A stretch of DNA of 64,000 nucleotides, taken from the IMG/VR virus record IMGVR_UViG_3300003332_000015, positions 82,576-146,575 of that record; one strand, written 5' to 3'. Of this stretch, positions 55,525 through 64,000 are shown piece after piece. The notes under the pieces were generated by a model, which saw only the letters and a list, made by a program, of their open reading frames with translations, did not search any database and had not been told where the DNA came from. Position numbers and translations under genes: made by a program. Source of the stretch: a virus. Its lineage: Duplodnaviria > Heunggongvirae > Uroviricota > Caudoviricetes. Every line of letters starts with the position of its first letter. The first letter of the stretch is position 1.

Positions 55525-57780
55525 ATGATACTAACACAAACCAAAAAAAAGATAACATCTAACTTACCTGGAGAAAAGAGTTTTCAAATATCCACTACTG
55601 CAAAAGCTTTTGAAATACTTTCCAGTGGACTATACAATAATAAGGAAGCGGCTGTTATACGAGAGTTAGCTTGTAATGCTTATGATGCACATCTTGATGC
55701 AAGTAACCCAGAACCTTTTGAAGTATTTTTCCCAACAGAATTAGATCCTACTCTTGTCGTAAAAGATTATGGAACTGGCATGTCTGAAAAGAATATATAT
55801 GAACTGTACACTACATATTTCGGAAGTGATAAAACAGAAAGTAACATATTCACAGGAGCTTTAGGCCTTGGGTCAAAAAGTCCTTTTGCTATTGCTGATC
55901 AATTTACAGTTAAAAATAGATACAAAGGTACCAAAAGTACATTTATCTGTTTTATATCAGAAGATGGTGTTCCAACAATAAGTAAACTAAACGAAGAAAA
56001 AACAGATGAAAAAAATGGAATGTCAATTGTTGTTCCTGTACCAGAAAAAAGAGTTATTAACCTCCTTAAACAAGAAGCTCCAAAATTACTTTCAGTTTTT
56101 AAACGTCCTCCTATATGTCATAACATAAGTGAGATTAAATCTGTATTTAATAAAACTGTTATAAAAGGAAAAGGTTGGACACTTATAAGTAGTAATAGTT
56201 ATAACAAAACTAGTTTTCTTCAAGCGAATGTTCGTTATCAAATAGAAAACGATAAAATATTAGAACTTGTTAAAGAAGTATACACTGAAGATTCTCCTGA
56301 ATTTTATAAAGTATACTTAATGAAAGATGCTTTGTATAATGCAGATACTGAATTCTTAATTGAAACATCCAATGGTGATTTAAACTTTACAGCATCTAGA
56401 GAAGAACTTGCTCTTAATGCTAAAACTAAAAAAGTTATAGTAGATAGACTTCTTGCTTCTATTAATGATTATATAGAAGTAACACAAAAAGAGATTGATT
56501 CAAAAACGACAATACAAGAAGTACTTGACATTGCACAAGATAAACAATTCTTTATACTGAAATTACATATTAATAAAATAAAACAAAATTATTATTATAA
56601 TTATGTAAGTGGTTCATATAATCCTGATTGTGAAAAAATGAGTAAATTTTTACAAGTTCTATTTACATTCAAAAATAAAAATATAGTTAACTACATTATG
56701 TTTGATATCCCTTCTGAGGAATGTAGTAAAATATATAAATATGAAATTGCTAAAATACATGTAAAAAAAATTAAGTATACTTATGGAGTAAAAAAGTATA
56801 TTAACAATTATATGAAATTCTTTTTTGTTCGACCTGATGATAACTTCAATAAAAACAATTCAATACTTCGAGCACATGTACTTAAACACGATTGGAAAGC
56901 TTATGTAATAATAGACAGGACAATGAAACAATATTTTCCTGATACTGTTATATTTGAAGATATAAGTAAACTTGAAGATATAAGGGAAAAGAGAATAAGG
57001 GGATCAGCTAAATATTTTACAAGGGAAATGTCCTTAGTTGCTAATACCCATATTGACATTCCAAGTAAATTTTCTTACAATACACTGTATGACCTACAAG
57101 AAGAGTATGAGGGTCGTTCAATTGTATATACTATTCGAGACAGTAGTGATAGAAAAAGTGTTTTAGTAAACAACTATTCTATAACTAGAAATGAAATATA
57201 TAGCAATGAGATAATTAGAAAATTAAGGAACAGTCCTGCATTTTCTAAGTATGTAAACACTAACTTTTTCCCATGTGTAATATCAGTTAATAAAGCAGAA
57301 TCAAAAAGTAAAAAGTTTCTTGCTCTTAAAAATATGATTTCTTTAGAAACTGTATTACAATATATTGCTAATAAATCAAAACATAAATTGGAAGAAGCAA
57401 TGTATAATAAAAGTGTATATAAAAAAATGGAGGCAAGTGTAGATAGCAATAATTTTACTTATAAGGTTTCAACATACCTTGAAAATAATAATATTGCTGA
57501 TTTCATAACAAAGCATTACCCTTTAATAAATGACTTTGTAGAAATAATGTCTAATCATAGTGATACAAGAAATGATTTAGACAATTTTTCATTATTCATT
57601 ACATATAAGTTTTTAGTAAGTCCTACAGTTACATCAAAAGTAGATACTAAGGTAAAAGGTATTGTTGATGAAATGAATAAGATAGTAACTGATTATCCAT
57701 TACTTCCAATGTTAGAAACATACGGTCATAATAATAAGGTAAAGGAGGCAATTTTAGATTATTTTGAAAATAAAATTTAA
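55525..57780 (+). CDS. GHKL-superfamily ATPase (Hsp90/MORC-like N-terminal Bergerat fold) with long C-terminal extension
   Basis: N-box RELACNAYDA, G1 box DYGTGMS, G2 box GALGLGSKS. Confidence 0.55.
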   Translation: MILTQTKKKITSNLPGEKSFQISTTAKAFEILSSGLYNNKEAAVIRELACNAYDAHLDASNPEPFEVFFPTELDPTLVVKDYGTGMSEKNIYELYTTYFGSDKTESNIFTGALGLGSKSPFAIADQFTVKNRYKGTKSTFICFISEDGVPTISKLNEEKTDEKNGMSIVVPVPEKRVINLLKQEAPKLLSVFKRPPICHNISEIKSVFNKTVIKGKGWTLISSNSYNKTSFLQANVRYQIENDKILELVKEVYTEDSPEFYKVYLMKDALYNADTEFLIETSNGDLNFTASREELALNAKTKKVIVDRLLASINDYIEVTQKEIDSKTTIQEVLDIAQDKQFFILKLHINKIKQNYYYNYVSGSYNPDCEKMSKFLQVLFTFKNKNIVNYIMFDIPSEECSKIYKYEIAKIHVKKIKYTYGVKKYINNYMKFFFVRPDDNFNKNNSILRAHVLKHDWKAYVIIDRTMKQYFPDTVIFEDISKLEDIREKRIRGSAKYFTREMSLVANTHIDIPSKFSYNTLYDLQEEYEGRSIVYTIRDSSDRKSVLVNNYSITRNEIYSNEIIRKLRNSPAFSKYVNTNFFPCVISVNKAESKSKKFLALKNMISLETVLQYIANKSKHKLEEAMYNKSVYKKMEASVDSNNFTYKVSTYLENNNIADFITKHYPLINDFVEIMSNHSDTRNDLDNFSLFITYKFLVSPTVTSKVDTKVKGIVDEMNKIVTDYPLLPMLETYGHNNKVKEAILDYFENKI

Positions 57781-57813
57781 AAAGTTTTAAAAATTTATTA
57801 TTATATTAATAGG
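57780..57813 (+). promoter_or_regulatory. phage promoter motif
   Basis: aaaagttttaaaaatttattattatattaatagg. Confidence 0.5.
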
Positions 57814-57826
57814 AAGGAGAAAGAAA

Positions 57827-59155
57827 ATGAGATATTTTTTAATTACTAATTCAGGAATAACAGTATGTAAGGATTCTGGGGATACACTTGTTATTCCAAC
57901 ATCACATATTAATTACGATAAGATAAAAGAACTTGTCATGGATACTGATAATGAGATAGATGATGAGACTATCTTTAAACTCGCTCAGGTTATGAAAAAC
58001 ATAATAAAGTTTTCAAAAGGGTTTATTACTATTGGAGAAAATGGTAATGGATTAAACATTGCTTATAAAGGGAATCCTATTGCAGGAGCTTTATCAACAC
58101 GTATCTTAGAACTGTATAAGAAGGATGGAAAGTTTGAACACTTTTTGGACTTTTATACAAACATGATGTCCAACCCCAGACCGGAAGCTGTTGAAGAATT
58201 GTATGACTTTCTTAATACAAGTGACTTACCTATTACTGAAGACGGTTGCTTTCTTGCATATAAGTTGGTTGACAAAGACTTTAAGGACATTTATACACAC
58301 AAGATGGATAACTCAGTTGGGTCACTTGTTAAAATGGAAAGAAAAGATGTTGACAATAATCGTAGAAATCAATGTTCACAGGGTTTACACTTTGCCGCTT
58401 ATGGTTATTTAACATCTTATGGATCTGGTAATACAGAAAATAATGTAATTATTGTTAAAATTAATCCAAGAGATGTTGTTGCAATACCAGAAGATTATAA
58501 TCATATGAAAGGTCGCTGTTGTGAATACACTGTAATAGGTGCAATTGAAAATCATGGACAGTTTATAAAACCAAATTATGTTAACACAAAAGATGAAGAT
58601 ATCACCACAAGTGTTAATTCTTGGGATGAACTAGAAATGGATGAAAATGAAGAATTTAGTGAACCTGACATTTACGAAGACATGGAGGATATGGGAGATT
58701 TTGTAGACCATCAAGAAAATGTTTTTGAAAATGAAGATGAAGATTTTGATAACGACATTTTTGAAGAAGATGAGAAAGAGGAAGAACTTTCTTTAGATTC
58801 CAAAATTGATGTTATACTTGATGAAGCAAAAGAAAACAATTACCATGAATTCAAAGCAGTTCTTATTGAAAGTAACGGAGCTATTAAAGCTGGTATAAGA
58901 ATTGATGATGTAACTCCTGGTTCATCTGTTACAGATGTTGTACAGTCTTATATTTTCCGAAGAGGTTCAATATCAGAAACACTTGGTGCTGAACTTTATG
59001 AAAATGGTTTTTCACTTAAACCAATTCGTCCTACTCGAAGAATTAATACTTCAGATAAGAATAGACCTTGTGTACTTGTTTCCTCAATAGATGGAATACA
59101 ATTAAACAAGCTTACCGTTTATACACCAAAAGAAAATACTATAGAGGTTGTTTAA
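57827..59155 (+). CDS. hypothetical protein with acidic D/E-rich central region
   Basis: 442 aa. Confidence 0.5.
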   Translation: MRYFLITNSGITVCKDSGDTLVIPTSHINYDKIKELVMDTDNEIDDETIFKLAQVMKNIIKFSKGFITIGENGNGLNIAYKGNPIAGALSTRILELYKKDGKFEHFLDFYTNMMSNPRPEAVEELYDFLNTSDLPITEDGCFLAYKLVDKDFKDIYTHKMDNSVGSLVKMERKDVDNNRRNQCSQGLHFAAYGYLTSYGSGNTENNVIIVKINPRDVVAIPEDYNHMKGRCCEYTVIGAIENHGQFIKPNYVNTKDEDITTSVNSWDELEMDENEEFSEPDIYEDMEDMGDFVDHQENVFENEDEDFDNDIFEEDEKEEELSLDSKIDVILDEAKENNYHEFKAVLIESNGAIKAGIRIDDVTPGSSVTDVVQSYIFRRGSISETLGAELYENGFSLKPIRPTRRINTSDKNRPCVLVSSIDGIQLNKLTVYTPKENTIEVV

Positions 59156-59707
59156 TTGAAGTGGTTACAAATTATAAAAAGTAATGGAAAGAAAGATTAT
59201 ATCCTGATCGAGTCAGTCAAATGGTTCGGTCAGGAAGTAAAAGAAGTACTAGATAAGAAGGGTAATTTTAAAACTTTTCAAAAAAAGTTATGGGTTAAAA
59301 ATGATAAGAAACATTATTTGGATTCCAAATATCTTCTTAAAGATATAAGAAAATTGTTTCCTAATTATGATGTGCAGATAAGAGAACATCGTAAATCAAG
59401 AAATGGAAAATTGAGAAAGGCTATTAGTAGAGTATATGAAGTTTTAATTGAAGGTGTAACTAAAGTATATAGTGATGATCATGATATGATTGTTACAAGT
59501 ATAGACAAAAAAACATTGTTCACTTTAAAAGGTGAAACATACTATTGTATATTTGATTGTTTTTTTAGACAAACTGATAGTGATGAATATGTATACTATC
59601 AAGCAGAAAAACAATTTTTGTATAATACAGGAATACTAATAAGTCCTGATACAAAGAAAGAACATTTAATAGACTTTAAAAATAAAGTCGTAGGAGAAAT
59701 AAAATGA
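59156..59707 (+). CDS. hypothetical protein
   Basis: 183 aa; start may be the TTG/ATG near 59156. Confidence 0.4.
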   Translation: MKWLQIIKSNGKKDYILIESVKWFGQEVKEVLDKKGNFKTFQKKLWVKNDKKHYLDSKYLLKDIRKLFPNYDVQIREHRKSRNGKLRKAISRVYEVLIEGVTKVYSDDHDMIVTSIDKKTLFTLKGETYYCIFDCFFRQTDSDEYVYYQAEKQFLYNTGILISPDTKKEHLIDFKNKVVGEIK

Positions 59708-60558
59708 TTACTTTTCAAGATGTAGAAGCATTAGATTATGATGTAGTACAAAATCTAATTGACTATCCAGTAAGGAGAGTTGAATTAGTTAGAGAAGATG
59801 ATGTAACAAAACACGTTAATCGTGAAGCAGTATTAGAATTTCATACTGACAGAAGACTTGGTATTGTAAACTCTAATAGAATGAATATTGAATACCCTGA
59901 ACTGATGAACTGGACATGGGGTGAAATGCAGAAAACAGGAGTTCCTTTTAAACTAAAAGATTCTTTGATAACTCAATCAGGTGATTTATATCAGGAGTAT
60001 ATTTTTGATTATGTAATTGACACACCTGATAATGAAGGAATGGCTCCTCTTGTAATTCTTAAAGGATCACATGTAAGAAAACCTTTGGAACTTTTCTTTG
60101 GTACTTATCGGTTTGTTTGTAGTAATGGTGTTATGGTAGGTGAAACAATTCGCAAGATAAGTATTAATTCAAACATTAAAGATTTAATTAAAACATCTAT
60201 TACAGATGATATAAGAATTAAGTTTGGTGAGTTTGCAAAAGTGTCACAGTTATATACAGGACTTGAAGCAAGACCATTTACAGACTACTTATATACAATG
60301 ATTGCTGATCAGTATCTTGGTACAAAGATTAAAAAAGAAGTATTGAATCTACTTGTAAGTGATGGAGACATTACAGTAACAAAAGAAAAGATTCGTTCAA
60401 GTGATCTTGCAAGACCAGATCATCTTATTAATATTGTAAATGAAATAAATGCTTGGGCATTTTACAATGTAGTTACAAGTGTAGCAACATTTCAAAGTAA
60501 GTCAGTTCATACACGTACAAAGAACTTTGAAAGAGTATCAAATATTTTCGGAGTATAA
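59704..60558 (+). CDS. hypothetical protein
   Basis: 284 aa. Confidence 0.5.
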   Translation: MITFQDVEALDYDVVQNLIDYPVRRVELVREDDVTKHVNREAVLEFHTDRRLGIVNSNRMNIEYPELMNWTWGEMQKTGVPFKLKDSLITQSGDLYQEYIFDYVIDTPDNEGMAPLVILKGSHVRKPLELFFGTYRFVCSNGVMVGETIRKISINSNIKDLIKTSITDDIRIKFGEFAKVSQLYTGLEARPFTDYLYTMIADQYLGTKIKKEVLNLLVSDGDITVTKEKIRSSDLARPDHLINIVNEINAWAFYNVVTSVATFQSKSVHTRTKNFERVSNIFGV

Positions 60559-60559
60559 A

Positions 60560-60961
60560 ATGATTAAATGTATATTATGTAAATACTATTTTGAAACAAC
60601 AATTGAAAAAACTAAAATGGAGTATAGTAGTCTAGCAAAAAAAGAAGTTAGTGTTCCATATAAAGTTAAAAGTCATCGTTGTGGTTTTAATCCTCAGTCT
60701 GTACAGTTAGAAGAAGGTCAACCACAATGTCACCATTATGAAAGTATTCGTACAGACGAAGGTACTATAATAAATTCTGGTGTTAAAAATATAAATGGAA
60801 ATTCCTATCTTATATTTGATGGTAATGAAGGCCCTGGTTGTTGGAATAAAGGAGACTTCCATTTTAGTAATATAGGTAATTTTGAACAAGTTGATGACAG
60901 TTGGGATATGGAAGATTTAAGACAAGGTGAAATTATATATCGCCCTATAGAAGAAAGATAG
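60560..60961 (+). CDS. hypothetical Cys-containing protein
   Basis: ATG after the previous stop. Confidence 0.4.
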   Translation: MIKCILCKYYFETTIEKTKMEYSSLAKKEVSVPYKVKSHRCGFNPQSVQLEEGQPQCHHYESIRTDEGTIINSGVKNINGNSYLIFDGNEGPGCWNKGDFHFSNIGNFEQVDDSWDMEDLRQGEIIYRPIEER

Positions 60962-61106
60962 TATGTTAAGTTTAAAAGAATGGCTTAAAGAAAATAATTA
61001 TCCTGAATGTGTTGATGCTCAGTTTATACAGAGTTATCAAATAAGTTATTTAGCGTATTGTGTTAAATATTTAAATGAAGAATTAATTAAAATAAAGGAA
61101 TAAATA

Positions 61107-61475
61107 ATGAGAGTATCAAGTAAAGATTTAAAAGAATTTAAAGAAGATCCTCCAGGTATTAACTATGACAGGATGCAAGTATTATACTTGGAAAAGAAGT
61201 TAACAAACTTCGTAAAAATCATACAAGCTCGTGAAGGCTCTATGGCATCACTCTATGTATGGAAACAACTAATGAAGTTCTACGCAAAGCTAGTACGTCA
61301 AATTCAGGACATAGAAGAGGAAATACTTTCTGAGCATACGCCTACTACAAAACCTTTTCTATTCCCTAAGGATAATGAAAAGATTATTATCACAAAGGAT
61401 AAAGAGATTGTATTTATAGACTCTTTAACAGAACGTGAATGGAGAAGAGCTTACAGGGAAAATGTTAAGGAGTAA
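61107..61475 (+). CDS. hypothetical protein
   Basis: 122 aa. Confidence 0.45.
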   Translation: MRVSSKDLKEFKEDPPGINYDRMQVLYLEKKLTNFVKIIQAREGSMASLYVWKQLMKFYAKLVRQIQDIEEEILSEHTPTTKPFLFPKDNEKIIITKDKEIVFIDSLTEREWRRAYRENVKE

Positions 61476-61673
61476 ATGATGTGGGGAATTAGTTATGTTA
61501 TTAAAGGTTTTTTTGGTTTATTGTTTGCTTTTTCAGCAATAATAATTTTTACTGTAGGTCCTATTATTGTTTCTATAGTATTACAAAATCCATTTTATCT
61601 TTTTACTTATTTAATATCCTGGATTCCAACATTACTCTTTTGGTTAATTGCATACCTTATAATGGAGTTTTGA
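61476..61673 (+). CDS. small membrane protein (two TM helices)
   Basis: Highly hydrophobic 65 aa. Confidence 0.4.
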   Translation: MMWGISYVIKGFFGLLFAFSAIIIFTVGPIIVSIVLQNPFYLFTYLISWIPTLLFWLIAYLIMEF

Positions 61674-61674
61674 A

Positions 61675-61869
61675 ATGAAGATTATACAGGCTAATGAAAT
61701 AAATACTAAAGAAAAGCTTCTTATAGAATTACCCTTAATTTCTTTAGATTATTTAGACCTTGCTATTTTTGAAGCAGCTCTTTATAATTATTCACATAGT
61801 TCTTGTCTTGTTACAAAAAAAATAGAAAGAATAAATAAAATATTAAATCAATTAAGTGAGTTAACATAA
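61675..61869 (+). CDS. small hypothetical protein
   Basis: 64 aa. Confidence 0.3.
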   Translation: MKIIQANEINTKEKLLIELPLISLDYLDLAIFEAALYNYSHSSCLVTKKIERINKILNQLSELT

Positions 61870-61964
61870 TGGAAATAGAATTTGTTAAATGGATGGTAGG
61901 ATATGCGTATGGATTTGAAGTAAAAAATGATAATTCTATTACTATACCAATAAAAAATACATGA

Positions 61965-62189
61965 TTGGAATGGAAATATAAACATTTTGAAACGGATAAT
62001 TGGAAGCAAGCATACTATCCATTACTTTTACAAAGAACTATAGAAGGAATAAATACTTTAAAAGATTTTGAAATAATTCAAACAAGATCTAATGTTGTTG
62101 TCTATTCAGAATATCCTGTACAGGAATTTGAGATAGAACCTAAAAATGAGGATGAAGCTAAAGAACAAGCTTTAAAATATATTTATTAA
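61965..62189 (+). CDS. small hypothetical protein
   Basis: 74 aa. Confidence 0.3.
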   Translation: MEWKYKHFETDNWKQAYYPLLLQRTIEGINTLKDFEIIQTRSNVVVYSEYPVQEFEIEPKNEDEAKEQALKYIY

Positions 62190-62984
62190 ATGTGTAAAGG
62201 AGCCTAAAAATGGATGGATGGAAATGCGGTTCTAAATTTGGAAAATTTATAAAAAATTTAAACTCTAAAATATATTGGTCATCTTACAAATTACGCAAAA
62301 GAAAATATTATAATCAGTATATTAAAGATACACATCAAAGATTCCAATTTATTCAAGAATTTATTAATTACTGGCTTTAGGGCTCATAGTAAACTAAATT
62401 TTGTTAAATGTGATTCTTGTATGGATGCAATTGGTATTGATTACCAATCTGAAAAGCATGGATGGAACTATGAAGGATATCATTATTGGGCATGTCCTGA
62501 CTGTTTAAAAAAAAAGAAAAATAATGTTTGATGATATACCTGAAGATAAAGAAGAAAGTTATCCATGGCCTAATTGTGAAAATGGAAATGTTACATTAGA
62601 TGAATCTAGTGGAATATGGAGATGTGATATTTGTGAGTTTGGAGAACTTAATTAATAAATGGAGTAAAATATGCTTGAAAAAATAAAAGAAAAAATAAGA
62701 ATTAAAAGACTTGTTAATCAAAAGTGTGTTACCTATAATTATATTAAACATTTTGTCGGACCCGAACTACTATCAGAAATGGTTATGGTTATGGATTTGT
62801 ATCAGATGAGTTTATTTATGACAATGGATATTTAGAATTAGGTTTTGGTAAAATAAGAAGTGGTTATGGAGATTAGGGTGGAGGATTCTCACACTCACTC
62901 ACTTAACCTCTAAAAGTTATTATTGATAAAGATTTTAATATTATTGAATGTAAAACTGACTCTTTCTATAATGTTAAACACCAA

Positions 62985-63197
62985 GTGGAACATGAAGCTA
63001 AACGAATTATAGAAATGTTAGGTTGTAAACTCGATTTAAATAATGATTTTTTATACTGTATAATAGTTCGAACATTTACAATACAAAAATTAAAATCACC
63101 TTTATCTATAAATTTTATTGATACAGATGATATAGATGAAGTTCTAAGAATACTTGGGTTTGCTGAACTTAATTTTGTAAGAGTAAAGAATGATTAA
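62985..63197 (+). CDS. small hypothetical protein
   Basis: 70 aa. Confidence 0.3.
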   Translation: MEHEAKRIIEMLGCKLDLNNDFLYCIIVRTFTIQKLKSPLSINFIDTDDIDEVLRILGFAELNFVRVKND

Positions 63198-63436
63198 AAA
63201 AAGGTTCAAATTAGAAATAAATTATATTGTATACTATGGTTAATAAGTCATGGATTTGTTCCTATGAAATATTTTTGGATTTAACATCATAATTTATTAA
63301 AGACTTCACATAAATATTTTTCATATGATAAATTTAAGATGTGTGGTAATAGTTATAAAGGTGAAAACTTTTTAAATAGGGAAACTTGGATAGTGAATGA
63401 AGTATGGGATTTCCCAAAAGGACTTTTAAAAATTAA

Positions 63437-63916
63437 ATGAAAACAAAAAATGAAAAAAATTGGAAGTTTAAAAAAGAACCACCTATTACAAGACATACTC
63501 ATCCTAATGATTGGTCTTCATATATGAATGCAAAAAGAAGATGCTATTATAAAAGTCATGATAGTTACCCATGGTATGGAGCAAAAGGTATTAAGTTATC
63601 ATATAGATGGTATAAAAGTTTTCCTCGATTTGTACTTGACATGGGACCTAAACCAAGTAAGGAGCATGTACTACATCGTAAAAATAGTAAGAAAAACTAT
63701 TCACTAAGAAATTGTGTCTATATGGAAAAGCATGAACATACTCTTTTTCATATACTTGAGAAAAAAGAAATTATGAATAAAAAATTAGCAAAGAATTTAA
63801 GAAAATATGTTTTGTGTAATAATAAAACTGTAAATGAATTATGTACAGAATTTCTTTTTTCTTATTCAGTTATGTATAAAATATTAAAAGATTTAACATG
63901 GAAAGAAACTATTTAA
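63437..63916 (+). CDS. HNH-endonuclease-like protein
   Basis: HVLHRKNSKKNYSLRNCVYMEKHEH (H-N-H spacing). Confidence 0.45.
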   Translation: MKTKNEKNWKFKKEPPITRHTHPNDWSSYMNAKRRCYYKSHDSYPWYGAKGIKLSYRWYKSFPRFVLDMGPKPSKEHVLHRKNSKKNYSLRNCVYMEKHEHTLFHILEKKEIMNKKLAKNLRKYVLCNNKTVNELCTEFLFSYSVMYKILKDLTWKETI

Positions 63917-63924
63917 AAAACTCC

Positions 63925-63970
63925 CAAAAAATATTATTATATTAATAACAGAAGGATTTACTTTAGTAAG
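63925..63970 (+). promoter_or_regulatory. phage promoter motif
   Basis: tttaaaaaactcccaaaaaatattattatattaataacag. Confidence 0.5.
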
Positions 63971-64000
63971 AGTAAATAAAAACTAAAGGAGTGTATAGTG

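Noticed and set aside
62211-62840. Stop-codon read-through or recoded gene in the ORF-poor 62.2–62.9 kb stretch
   Set aside because: In-frame TAG is immediately followed by additional TAG/TAA stops in the same frame. The region is better explained by several independent micro-ORFs (56, 43 and 54 aa), two of them zinc ribbons.

Overview
AT-rich, gene-dense window with essentially every gene on the + strand; it reads as part of a large virulent bacteriophage genome, with a T4-like enzyme set but bacterial-type RecA. Protein genes I can support: RecA, class II ribonucleotide reductase, M23 peptidase, N6-adenine methylase, vWA protein, adenylosuccinate-synthetase-like protein, SbcD/SbcC (gp47/gp46-like), MazG, dNMP kinase (T4 gp1-like), ThyX, a QueF-like protein plus a YhhQ-family transporter, T4-type polynucleotide kinase/phosphatase, an RNA-ligase-1-like protein, PTH2- and ArfB-like peptidyl-tRNA hydrolases, SLT lysozyme, a terminase-like ATPase, a DnaC-like loader, a DnaB-like helicase, a GHKL (Hsp90/MORC-like) ATPase and several HNH / GIY-YIG / PD-(D/E)xK homing-endonuclease-like genes. 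A very large tRNA complement (~27 genes or tRNA-like elements) lies between ~11.9 and 23.8 kb. A bipartite AT-rich promoter motif (A-tract plus TTATTATTATATTAATGTAAGT) recurs about 20 times. The most unusual content is RNA-level. (i) Four otherwise canonical tRNA genes carry 19–44 nt insertions inside the anticodon loop. (ii) A tandem array of five ~57–89 nt elements at 13.9–14.3 kb is framed by two-part stems that show compensatory base changes and G·U pairs, with a conserved GTTCCTA box. (iii) The array's 'end' and 'start' motifs reappear back-to-back inside the insertion of tRNA 12798–12913, and one array unit carries a tRNA anticodon arm plus variable arm. (iv) A pair of homologous tRNA-like minihelix elements exists, one with a ~100 nt insertion. 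(v) There is a candidate CUA (amber-suppressor) tRNA. Together with the phage-encoded Pnk / RNA ligase / nucleotidyltransferase / peptidyl-tRNA hydrolase set, this suggests an undescribed tRNA intron or split-tRNA processing and repair system. All of this is from reading the sequence; no searches were run.
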